39,151 nucleotides of DNA, taken from positions 1 through 39,151 of the forward strand of contig NW_021835724.1 in assembly GCF_006345805.1 (NCBI RefSeq), read 5' to 3'. Numbering within the stretch: position 1 is the first letter of the stretch; each line of letters begins with the position of its first letter. This document shows positions 23,281 to 34,255 of this stretch, in pieces. The notes beneath the pieces are model-generated. The model made no database searches. It saw only the letters and a list, made by a program, of their open reading frames with translations, and was not told the DNA's origin. Made by a program: the position numbers and the translations under genes. The DNA comes from Octopus sinensis. Taxonomy: Eukaryota.

Positions 23281-23925
23281 ACAGAAAATGGAACTTCAAA
23301 ACATACACAGATGTTTACCAATCGAAACGCAGTGTTGCGATAATGAAAACATTAAACCAAAAATAAAACACAAACATAAATAAACAAAACTCGCCAGACT
23401 AGGTTAGTGGAACGATCAATAAATCTCGTTGTGCAACGCTAATATATCTGAATCCTATCTACTTCACAAATATATTTTCACACAGAAACCTAATGTAGAT
23501 ACAGTAGAACTCTCATGGAAATGATAGAAGTGTGTACTTGTTCGTTGAGTCATTTCTTTGTTTTTTGTGTCGACCTCACCACGTAGGTTGTGAGAATTAC
23601 CTGCAATATTGCTGAAATCAGAAAAATATTTAACCAGAAGCTTGTGTTTTACATTTTCAAGACTCTTAAACACACGTTTTTATTTGTCAAAGTTGAATTC
23701 CGTCCGCACATCTTTCCCTTCTGATACACTGATTCGTATGTGAAAAGTACACATCTACTTACACACAGCAACAAAGCACTGAATACGCTATTCAGGGTAT
23801 ATATATTTTATTTTTTAATTTGAAAATACTTTAGAAATTACGGTGGTGCCTCAAGTTTCGTTTAAAACACTTTTCAAAACCATCCAGTGTTATACAGGAG
23901 ACGCCGAAGTGTTTGCAGTTTCAAT

Positions 23926-23970
<45 letters not shown>

Positions 23971-24344
23971 GCATGTGTGTGTATGTAAGTATGTATGAAT
24001 GCGTGTGTGTGTGTATATATAATATATATATGCAACAAATAAAGTTAATCGCCACATCAATAAGGCTGTTCAATGTTACTACTGCTTTAACTTCAGGCAG
24101 ATCTTCCACCAGCTGGTTATAGGTGCAGCCTGCACGTTGTACATTTGTGTTGCCTGCAGGAGAGTGAACCCCTACCATCCTCCAGCAGACGAGAGGATCG
24201 CTAGACTTATTTGCCTTCCAGCTACTTTGCTCGTCCTCAGTTGTGAACACCTTTTCGTCAGAGAGATGGCCAGGGTCCACTCCAGCAAGCAATATATAGT
24301 AAACACAGCGACCATCGGTCACTGATTTGCAAAAAGCACACATG

Positions 24345-24600
24345 TATGTCTGTATGTATGCATGCATGCATGTATGTATGTATGTATGTATGTATGTATG
24401 TATGTATGTATGTATGTATGTATGTATGTATGCATGTATGTATGTATGTATGTATGTATGTATGTATGTAGTATGTATGTATGTATGTATGTATGTATGT
24501 ATGTATGTATGTATGTATGTATGCATGCATGTATGTATGTATGTATGTATGTATGTATGTATGTGTATGTATGTATGTATGTATGTATGTATGTATGTAT
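24345..24600. repeat. (ATGT)n microsatellite
   Basis: Direct reading. Confidence 0.95.
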
Positions 24601-25417
24601 ACTCACACATATATGCTCATATATATTCTTGTTGTTTTATTATAGATAATAAAACATATGGACAGACAGATGATACAAAGGCGGACAAGAGAATCAGCAA
24701 TTAGAAGGACAGGGAGAAAAAAAAGCAAAGGACGGGTCATTCGTGGCCTTCCTTCATCAGTTAAGTTACTAGATGTCCTTACAGTTTCGGGCAGTTACAC
24801 TTGAGATTGTTCGATCTGGTTGCCCCACAAAAAGTCTAAGCTAAGAGCATTAGATTTTTTGGTAAGAAAACTAGCAAATGTGTACAGCAACAAAGACAAA
24901 AAAAAACCGAGAACATGGTACACAATAACAAATACAAACAACAAGAATATAACAACAGATGTCTTTCGACTGAGAACGAATCAAATTGAGCTGGCGTGTA
25001 TGAAGTGAAAGCCTAAAGGCAGGAACAGAGGAGATGCACATAAGAGGTGTTGGCGGTGGGCAGTGAGGCCAAGAAAGAAACAGCATGGCTGGTCACATGG
25101 AAGGAGGAGATAAGGGCAGGGGGTAACGGGATTGAAGGATTAGAAAAAATCAAAGCGACAAAGGGAAAGGTACAGGGGAGATAAATAAGGAGGAAAAGTG
25201 AGAGTTAAAGAAAGAGAGGGACAAGAAATGTAAGAGGGAGGGGGAACGAGAAAAGGAAAAGAAGAAAAAGTGTGCGGGGGACTAAAAGATAGAGTAAAAG
25301 AGTCGTACAAAATTTAGATACATACCTACTATAAGGTGAGCACAAGTGTGTACGTACTCGGCTATATGTATATATAATTATAAAAAATGGGACAAAAATG
25401 TAATGGAGGACAATCCA

Positions 25418-25788
25418 GCTTACCAACCACATGGTTCCGGGTTCAGTCCCACTGCTTGGCACCTTGGGCAAGTGTCTTCTATTATAGCCTCGGGCCGACC
25501 AAAGCTTTGTGAGTGGATTTGGTAGACAGAAACTCAAAGAAGCCCGTCGTATATATGTATATATCTGTATATATATATGTGTGTGTCTGTGTTTGTCTCC
25601 CTAGCATTGCTTGACAACCGATGCTGGTGTGTTTATGTCCCCAACACCTAGCGGTTCGGCAAAAGAGACCGATAGAATAAGTACTAGGCTTACAAAGAAT
25701 AAGTTCCGGGGTCGAATTGCTCGACTAAAGCGGTGCTCCAGCATGGCCGCAGTCAAATGACTGAAACAAGTAAAAGAGTAAAAGAGAG

Positions 25789-25790
<2 letters not shown>
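25418..25790 (+). mobile_element. SINE family A, 5'-truncated
   Basis: accaaccacatggttccgggttcagtcccactg...caaatgactgaaacaagtaaaagagt matches 14556-14967. Confidence 0.9.
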
Positions 25791-25859
<69 letters not shown>

Positions 25860-25865
25860 ATATAG

Positions 25866-26211
25866 TATATTTGCTACTCAAATGTGGCTAACCCCTAAGG
25901 GTGGATGCTACTGTAGCTTGTAGCCCCAGGAGGACACCTCATCCAGTTCGCTATTGACACACTTTCTGTGCCCTATCAGTATTTGCAAAGGGAAGCCATC
26001 CTTCCCGCCTTCAACCTAGTATGATACACATGGACTCGAGTTTCTGAGTATTGAACCGTCATCAGCCTGTGACGATTACCGGTTGTCGATGAAAAGTAGG
26101 CCTCCTTTTGCAAATATATCAGTGACAAACAGTCACTGATATCAAAAAAGTGTAAACAAGCAAAAATAAATCTCACCTTTAGGGGTTAGTCACATTTATG
26201 TGGCAAATATA
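25866..26211. mobile_element. 346-bp foldback/MITE-like element with 38-bp terminal inverted repeats and an internal hammerhead
   Basis: 25866-25903 and 26174-26211 match at 33/38 as inverted repeats. An inner inverted pair at 25980-25997 / 26099-26116 matches at 16/18. An 11-bp perfect hairpin lies at 26116-26142. Confidence 0.8.
26027..26071 (-). ncRNA. Type I minimal hammerhead ribozyme motif with palindromic stem III
   Basis: CACAGG CTGATGA cggttcaatactca GAAA CTCGAG T C | CATGTG. Stem I pairs 5/6, stem III ACTCGAGT is a palindrome, and the triplet is GUC. Stem II is weak (GGT/ACT). Confidence 0.7.
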
Positions 26212-26265
26212 CTTCACGATGTCGTGCAGCTATTGTTTATACCTCGCTCAGAGATTTATACATAC

Positions 26266-26296
<31 letters not shown>

Positions 26297-26319
26297 ATAT
26301 ATATAATATATATATATAT

Positions 26320-26645
26320 AAGTAGTTGAATGAATTATCTTAGTATGGATAATTCGGTTAACCGATACCTGGGTAGCAAATTCACGTCAGTAAAACACGG
26401 TTGAAGCTACATGCCAAGGGCAGAGATCACGTGCTTTCGTGTGGAAATTTGTGTGTTTTTTTAATACAAATAAATGAAAGAAAGGGGTTTAACGACGATT
26501 TAACAAAATTCCTTTATTCTCGACATATGTTTCGAAGGCTGCATATTCCTAATTTCGAAGGAATATGCAGCCTTCGAAACATATGTCGAGAATAAAGGAA
26601 TTTTGTTAATTCGTCGTTCAACTCTATTCTTTCATTTATTTGTAT
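26320..26645 (-). mobile_element. PLE-type tail element with a 182-bp terminal palindrome, inside (TA)n
   Basis: 26464-26645 is an inverted repeat with an 8-nt loop at 26551-26558. The tail aaatttcc..cttcaaccgtgtt..tttgctacccaggtatcggtta..agataattcatt is shared with 31394-31689 and 32446-32647. Confidence 0.75.
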
Positions 26646-26692
26646 ATATATATATATATACACGTATATAGGTATATATTGAAGTAATAAAG

Positions 26693-26757
26693 TTAATGAC
26701 CAATAGTTTCGCATCCACGAAAGCCGTAGTTTCGTGGACGATTCATCAGACTCTAAT
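26693..26757 (-). ncRNA. Type I hammerhead ribozyme motif with 11-bp stem II
   Basis: ttagagt CTGATGA at CGTCCACGAAA ctacggc TTTCGTGGATG c GAAA CTATTGG T C | ATTAA. The triplet is GUC. Stem I is short (3 bp, bulge, 2 bp) and the closing pair of stem II is mismatched. Confidence 0.65.
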
Positions 26758-26829
26758 TCGAAAACAAATTTAACTCAACGACAACTGCTACTGTTTGGGT
26801 TGTTTTTGTAAATGTATAAGGTGAACATA

Positions 26830-27045
26830 TATGCGTGAGTGTGCATACATATATACATACGTACATACATACATACATCCATACATAAATACATACGTAC
26901 ATACATACATACATACATACATATATACATACGTACATACATACATACATACATACATACATACATACATACATACATGCATATATACATACGTACATAC
27001 ATTCATACATACATACATACATACATACATGCATGCATGCATATA
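26830..27045. repeat. (ATAC)n microsatellite
   Basis: Direct reading. Confidence 0.95.
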
Positions 27046-27074
27046 TACACATATATAGTGTTCGGGCTAAATTT

Positions 27075-27355
27075 GACAGTTTGCATAGAAGGAAAAGAAA
27101 ACATGCTTTTCTCTCAGTGTCCCTGGAAAGATGTACCTCCTCGATCTGGGCCACCAGCTTTGCCTCCAGCTCAACAAACAGCTTGGCCACCGGCTTTGAC
27201 ACCGTCTCGGCCTTGGCGTTGCAGGCTGAGCAGTTGAGGTCTTTCTAAAACGCACCCCATACATAGTAATCCATGGGATTACAATTGGAAAATTAGAAGG
27301 CCAGACATTGGGGTTGTTGAAGTCGTGGAAATTCTCCGACAACCACTTGACTCTT
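27075..27355 (-). mobile_element. Tc1/mariner transposase C-terminal relic
   Basis: KWLSENFHDFNNPNVWPSNFP / MDYYVWGA..KDLNCSACN.KA..LVAQIEE resembles the WPPNSPDLNPMDYYVWG motif. Frameshifted. Confidence 0.7.
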
Positions 27356-27687
27356 TTCGGAGGTATGGCAAGGAATCAAATCTACTTTACCCCCGAAGCT
27401 ATTGCAGTAGACACTTGCACCAAGTGTCACACAGTGGGACTGCATGCGGAACCATATGGTTGGGAAGCAAACTTCTTATAAGGATTCAAATGACAATTAT
27501 AAGTCTCTGCAACAATTCGCATACAATGAAGACTCCTCCTCCACCTACTTCTCGTTAGACTATTGGTATTAATTTTATTGCTAGACGAAAAAAACGAATG
27601 GAATAGTGTGATCTGAATCCTAAACTTTAAGAGAACGGACTAAATACTGTAAGGATTTAGTATACTGTTCTCCAGTTTATACATGTA

Positions 27688-28095
27688 TACTCTTTTACTC
27701 TTTTACTTGTTTCAGTCATTTGACTGCGGTCATGCTGGAGCACCGCCTTTAATCGAGCAACTCGACCCCGGGACTTATTCTTTTGTAAGCCCAATACTTA
27801 TTCTATCGGTCTCTTTTGCCGAACCGCTAAGTAACGTGGACATAAACACATCAGCATCGGTTGTCAAGCACTGCTAGGGGGACAAACATAGACACACAAA
27901 CACACACACGCATATATATATATACATATATACAACGGGCTTCTTTCAGTTTCCGTCTAACAAATCCACTCACAAGGCTTTGGTCGACCCGAGGCTATAG
28001 TAGAAGACACTTGCCCAAGGTGCCAAGCAGTGGGACTGAACCCGGAACCATGTGGTTGGTAAACAAGCTACTTACCACACAGCCACTCCTGCGCC
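27688..28095 (-). mobile_element. SINE family A, full length
   Basis: Same head, body and tail as 14556-14967. Confidence 0.9.
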
Positions 28096-28110
28096 TATAT
28101 GTATATATAT

Positions 28111-28330
28111 ATTTCTTTACTACCCACAAGGGGCTAAACACAGAGGGGACAAACAAAGGGATGAAGTCAATTACATCGACTCCAGTGTGTAACTGGTACT
28201 TAATTTATCGACCCCGAAAGGATGAAAGGCAAAGTGAACCTCGGCGGAATTTGAACTCGGAGCGTAACGGCAGACGAAATACGGCTACGCATTACGCCCG
28301 GCGTGCTAACGTTTCTGTCAGTTCGCCGCC
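28111..28330 (-). mobile_element. SINE family B
   Basis: tttctttactacccacaagggg...gccagttcgccgcc matches the other copies. Confidence 0.9.
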
Positions 28331-28399
28331 AGTTTATACATGGTAAGTAGCTAGCTTACCAGCCACATCGTAAGCAAGAGTGAATAGAAATATAGCGAG

Positions 28400-28474
<75 letters not shown>

Positions 28475-28914
28475 TTCTAAGCAGAGCATGAATGTGAGAA
28501 AATGTACATGAAGTCAGTCAGACAGCCAATCCTACAAAACAGATTCACACACACCACATAATTTACATATATCGAAAGACAATAGACTGACATAAAGACA
28601 GACCAACAGACACATACATACATACATTCATACATACATACATACATACATACATACATACATACGTACATACATAGATGAAGGATGAAAGACGTTTCCC
28701 GAAGAATTTGAATTCAAAACGTAAAGAGCTATGAATGAATATCCCAAGTTCATTTATTCAACACTGCCGATCTTTGCCGATCTATGTTTGCCCTTCCGAT
28801 ACTATTATACATAGAAAAGCAGACGAAAAGTCGAAAGCTACTCCACATACATAGAACTCAGTAAATTACATATACACCACCCGAATTACTTAAATATGTA
28901 ATATCTTTTCGGGG

Positions 28915-29095
28915 GCGAAATGCGTAGCTGCATTTCGTCTGCCGTTACGTTCTGAGTTCAAATTCCGCCGAGGTCCACTTTGCCTTTCATCCTTTCGGGG
29001 TCGATAAATTAAGTGCCAGTTACGCACTGGGGTCGATGTAATCGACTTAATCCGTTTGTTTGTCCCCTCTGTGTTTAGCCCCTTGTGGGTAGTAA
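28915..29095 (+). mobile_element. SINE family B, 5'-truncated
   Basis: gcgaaatgcgtagc..gttctgagttcaaattccgccgagg..agccccttgtgggtagta. Confidence 0.9.
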
Positions 29096-29132
29096 TCCAC
29101 CTAAATAAGCATTCATTACGGAATCACTAGAG

Positions 29133-29351
29133 CAGTGCTTTTCAAACTTTTTGCTGGTGCGGAACCCCAAGGAAACATTCCACTGGCTCGAGGAACCCCT
29201 GTGCATTTATTTAATAGTCTTATGCACACATTTCTGCACAGGAGAATTAAAAATTACTGCCGATTTTAGCAGTTTTATAACTTCTTGCGGAACCCCTGGA
29301 CCGTACTGGCGGAACCCTAAGGTTCCGCGGAACCCTGGTTGAAAACCACTG
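29133..29351. mobile_element. hAT-type (Charlie/Buster-like) MITE with a perfect 8-bp TSD
   Basis: TIRs cagtgcttttcaaac / ggttgaaaaccactg. TSD cactagag at 29125-29132 and 29352-29359 has a central TA. Subterminal ggaaccc motifs are repeated. Confidence 0.9.
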
Positions 29352-29427
29352 CACTAGAGCAACGAAAAATAGTAGTCAACTCATCTACAAATCACACACT
29401 AATGCCTTTTAACTGCGAGTAGATACT

Positions 29428-29658
29428 TATTTCTTTACTACCCACAAGGGGCTAAACACAGAGAGGACAAACAAGGACAGACAAACGGATTAAGTCGATT
29501 ATATCGACCCCAGTGCGTAACTGGTACTTATTTTATCGACCCCGAAAGGATGAAAGGCAAAGTTGACCTCGGCGGAATTTGAACTCAGAACGTAGCGGCA
29601 GACGAAATACTACTAAGCATTTCGCCCGCGTGCTAACGATTCTGCCAACTCGCCGCCT
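29428..29658 (-). mobile_element. SINE family B
   Basis: Full body match to the other copies. Confidence 0.9.
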
Positions 29659-30559
29659 GGGAGCAGATACTGCAATCCTAGGATAAAAAGGGCGGGATGG
29701 TCATGAATAGAATGCCTTTGACCATGCGTCTGCTCGATCGAGACTATTCTGTGGTAGCCGTGGCTATGTGATTGTTAAGCTTCATTCACAACCCTGAGAT
29801 ATCGAGTTCGATCCAACTGTACAGGTGTCTCCTACCATAGTTTCAGATTGATCTAAAGGAAGAGGACGTGATGAGTTAATCTGTATAACACTACCACCTG
29901 GCCACTCGGTCCTTTTAACAGATCATTCATCCTGTTACAAGAATTTGGATCGGGTCTCCGCATGTCGCTCCGAAAATGGTCATGGATGGCGGGGTGACTT
30001 TACCTTGACTAAACCATTACAGAAAATAAAAGAGAACATTTGATGATCTATTTTTGTAAAGTATATCTGTGCGTGTATATGAATGTATATTCGTATATGC
30101 ACTCGGGCGTGCACGTGAGTGGCCGTACAAAAAATTCCAGTGATGTATACTGTAGGTAAGTAAATTTAGATAGAGTGACAAGTTGATATCCAACTAAAGT
30201 GTCCTTATTCAGGTCATTTAGCACTAAGTATTATCGGTCTACAGTTCTAACTGAGAAGAACTCCCAGGAGGCAGTGTTTAATATTGTCCCTTCCGGCAGT
30301 TCTTGCACTGCAGACATATCTGCATAATCTCCTCCGGCAGCAAAGACGGGTCTGGCAAACACTTGGCCTCGTTTTTATACTATAAAAGAGAAATCTGTCC
30401 AAGCTTGCTCTATGAAATTGTCTCACATTGTTTATGCATACACAGGAGGGCAAACTAACACATCTCATTCACATACACACGCATATGGTTATATGTGTTT
30501 AAGCCTCTGTTTGCATATGTGCTTGTGTGTGTGTGCGTGCGTGTGTACGTGTGTATGTG

Positions 30560-30990
<431 letters not shown>

Positions 30991-31204
30991 TATGGAAAAC
31001 AGGATAGTCAAGAATTGGAAAAAACTTTTATTTAGGGTTTTCATACTTCCGAGGGATTCGTTATGAATAACTTTTTTATTCATAGAAAAACTCAAACCTT
31101 TTATATATGTATGTTGAAAAGAAATTTCGAGTTCAATTTGTTTTCATGGGTTTTGCGAATAAAAGCCTAGAGAACAAATTTAACTGCAGATTCTTTTCAG
31201 CCAT

Positions 31205-31348
31205 ATCTGTGTTGTAAGAAGTTTGCATCCCAACCACATGATTCTGGGTTCGGTCCTTCTGCGTAACTTCATAGGTAAGTGTTTCCTACTACAGCTTCGG
31301 GCCGACCAAAGTCGTGTGGGTTGATTTGGTAGATGGAAATTGAAAGAA

Positions 31349-31352
<4 letters not shown>
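31205..31352 (+). mobile_element. SINE family A, degenerate 5' half
   Basis: ccaaccacatgattctgggttcggtcc...gggccgaccaaag...ttggtagatggaaattgaaagaagcc. Confidence 0.75.
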
Positions 31353-31392
<40 letters not shown>

Positions 31393-31393
31393 A

Positions 31394-31686
31394 TAAGTAT
31401 AGGAAAGAATGGAGCTGAGCGAAGATTTAACAAAATTCCTTTATTTTATTTTCGACATATGTTTCGAAGTCTGCAAAATTCCTATTCCGAATGAATAAGG
31501 AGTCCATTATGCAGCTTCATTCTTTCCTATACTTATAATATTAAATTAAACTTCAAATTTCCGCACTAAGGCACGGAGTATATGCCCTATGGTCGTAACT
31601 TCAACCGTGTTCTTTCTGTTGTGAGTTTGCTACCCAGGTATCGGTTATCTTTCGATTATCCGTAATAAGATAATTCATTTATCTAC

Positions 31687-31689
<3 letters not shown>
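31394..31689 (+). mobile_element. PLE-type tail element with an inverted 5' segment, flanked by (TA)n
   Basis: 31394-31412 is inverted relative to 31517-31535. The inverted part carries ATGAAGCTGCA..TGCAGACTTCGAAACATATGTC. The tail is shared with 26320-26645 and 32446-32647. Confidence 0.75.
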
Positions 31690-31758
<69 letters not shown>

Positions 31759-31934
31759 AATAAAATTATATATAAAGAAAAACAAGAACGTGAATTACAC
31801 AAAGGGACGAACACAGAAAACAGATGGGTCATTCGAAGCCTTTAATCTTCAGTCAGAAACCGGATCATCATAGCAAATTTCGGCTGATTAATTCTGATAT
31901 TTGCTCCAACGCGGCCAGCCCCTATATATATATC

Positions 31935-32333
31935 ATCAAAATAAGCAACAAGGATATCCAAGGTAGTGTAGCACAATCGTTTCATGCTACTTCATTTTAT
32001 TAAACAATATAAGTATTACATCAGCTTTAAAATGTAGAGCAATCTTCAGCCACATATAGAATCTTTTTAATTAAATAGACAATGTACATTTTTATACTTA
32101 TTCCATTTGCCAACATTACAAAGAGGGTAGATATATATAGACAGAGAGGTTAATTTCCTCATTAAGAACATTATAAAAATGTACATTGTCTATTTAATTA
32201 AAAAAATTCTATATGTGGCTGAAGATTGCTATACATTTTAAAACTGATGTAATACTTACATTGTTTAATAAAATGAAGTAGCATGAAACGATTGTACTAC
32301 ACAACCTTGGATATCCTTGTTGCTTATTCTGAT
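31935..32333. mobile_element. Inverted repeat with 162-bp arms and a 75-bp spacer; each arm carries a hammerhead-like fold
   Basis: 31935-32096 versus 32172-32333 is a near-identical reverse complement. The structure is flanked by (TA)n. Confidence 0.85.
32214..32301 (+). ncRNA. Type I hammerhead-like motif with extended stem II (twin on minus strand at 31967-32054)
   Basis: TGTGG CTGAAGA t TGCTA..ATTTTA..AAAC..ATGTAA tac TTACAT..GTTT..TAAAAT..TAGCA t GAAA C GATT G T A | CTACA. The 10.1/11.1 pair is U.U. The twin has GUG at the cleavage triplet. Confidence 0.55.
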
Positions 32334-32445
32334 TATAATCACCCCATTTGATTTATATGGATAATACCATACCAAATTCGGGTGCCTTTAAATTAAATAT
32401 CATATTCATCTGAATCTAAATTTTGCTGAACTTATATATATATAT

Positions 32446-32647
32446 AAATAAAGGAATTTTGTTAAATCTTCGTTCAGCTCCATTCTTTCCTATACTTATA
32501 CTATTAAATTTCAAATTTCCGCACTAAGGCACGGAGTATATGCCCTATGGTCGTAATTTCAACCGTGTTCTTTCTGTTGTGAGTTTGCTACCCAGGTATC
32601 GGTTATCTTTCGAATTATCCGTAATAAGATAATTCATTTATCTACTT
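32446..32647 (+). mobile_element. PLE-type tail element, 5'-truncated, in (TA)n
   Basis: Near-identical to 31517-31689 and preceded by ataaaggaattttgttaaatcttcg. Confidence 0.8.
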
Positions 32648-32687
32648 ATATATATATATTGCTCTTTATCAACATAAATACGTGCAT

Positions 32688-32848
32688 GCATACATACATA
32701 CATACATACATACATACATACATACATACATACATACAAATATACATACATACATACATACATACATACACACACATACATACATACATACATACATACA
32801 TACATACATACATACATACATACATACATACATACATACATACATACA
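32688..32848. repeat. (ATAC)n microsatellite
   Basis: Direct reading. Confidence 0.95.
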
Positions 32849-33015
32849 TGCTTGGTTGGATGGCGTTGCTGAATTCACCGTTCGAAAATATATAGTTTTC
32901 AAAATGACACACAGACAATGAGCTAATAAACAGAAACAATATTATCTCTAAATCTCTCAAAGAGAAATATTCAGTAACAGTTCTTTAAAAATTGTTATAA
33001 GGCAGACAAACTATG

Positions 33016-33059
<44 letters not shown>

Positions 33060-33104
33060 GTGTGTGTGTGTCTACATATTTATGTATTTATACACACACA
33101 TATA

Positions 33105-34203
33105 CAGGGTGGGTGAAAAGTAAGTAGGCATTAAAAATTGATAATAAAATCCATATATATATATGTGTGCGTGTATGTTTGTGTGTCTGTGTTTGTCCCT
33201 CTAGCATTGCTTGACAACCGATGCTGGTGTGTTTATGTCCCCATCACTTAGCGGTTCGGCAAAAGAGACCGATAGAATAAGTACTGGGCTTACAAAGAAT
33301 AAGTCCCGGGGTCGATTTGCTCGACTAAAGGCGGTGCTCCAGCATGGCCGCAGTCAAATGACTGAAACAAATAAGAGAGAAAGAAGAAAGTATTCCTTTT
33401 ACAAACTTTTTGAAACAAATGATACATGTTCTTTATTGCATGGGTAAATGAAAGTAAATCTTCATATTTCAACGTAAGCACCGGTGGCCTCAACCAGTTT
33501 CCTCAAACGGCAAGGTATGGAATGAACAACCTTCTGAAGGACGTCGTCTGGGATATCATTGAGAATCTCCTGAATCCGTGTGATCGGTACTATAACATCC
33601 CAGCCTCGTCACTCGAGATGTTTTCAAGCAGTTCAGGCCAATCTTCATACAGACCGAGCATTAACTCTCCATATTCCGTTCTGCGGTCACAGTCTTCAGG
33701 TTTTAGCTCCTGCACGTAATGAGGTTTCCATGGACGAACATTCAATTCTTTATCCTAAACAGTACGTATTGTGTGTCTTGTTATTCCAGTTCCACGGGCT
33801 GCGATTACACATCTCTTGCACTGTTGCCACGTTTTGCGCTGATCGGGATGTGGTTGGACGGCCACTTCGTCTTGCATTGTTTATAGAGCCCGCGATCATC
33901 AGCTTTGCACGACAACTTTTTATTGTCTCCGGACGTAGTGTTGCATGCTCACCTTTCCATGCATGCCACCATCTCTGAACCAAAACAACGGATTTCCACA
34001 CTTCATAGCGTGCTGCTATCTTAGCTCGCTCCTGAACAGTCAATCGACCGGCCATCTGGAAAATAAGAAATATGAAATGAGACAATGAAAAATTCAAAAT
34101 CCCCATCAGTGTTCTCTATTTAAAAAATGTTTTCGTTATGGCTTCAGTGATACTAAAAATTCTATAAGCAATTTCTAATGCCTAGTTACTTTCTACCATC
34201 CTG
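33105..34203 (-). mobile_element. Internally deleted Tc1/mariner DNA transposon with a nested SINE A 3' half (33153-33380)
   Basis: TIRs of about 35 bp, CAGGGTGGGTGAAAAGTAAGTAGGCATT / CAGGATGGTAGAAAGTAACTAGGCATT. HTH N-terminus LTVQERAKIAARY..RSGRP, then KPHYVQELKPED..SDEA, jumping to the C-terminus DIPDDVLQKVV..GAYVEI*. Confidence 0.85.
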
Positions 34204-34218
34204 TGTGTGTGCGTGTAT

Positions 34219-34254
<36 letters not shown>

Positions 34255-34255
<1 letters not shown>

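Noticed and set aside
25010-25320. Purine-rich tract as G-quadruplex or triplex element
   Set aside because: G-runs are irregular and mostly too short or too few for a canonical G4, and such low-complexity tracts are common in this genome type.
27110-27250. Exon-like segment with ttttag acceptor and GAG|GTACAT donor
   Set aside because: Flanking translation matches the WPxNSPDxNPMDYYVWG region of a Tc1/mariner transposase, so it is a transposon relic.
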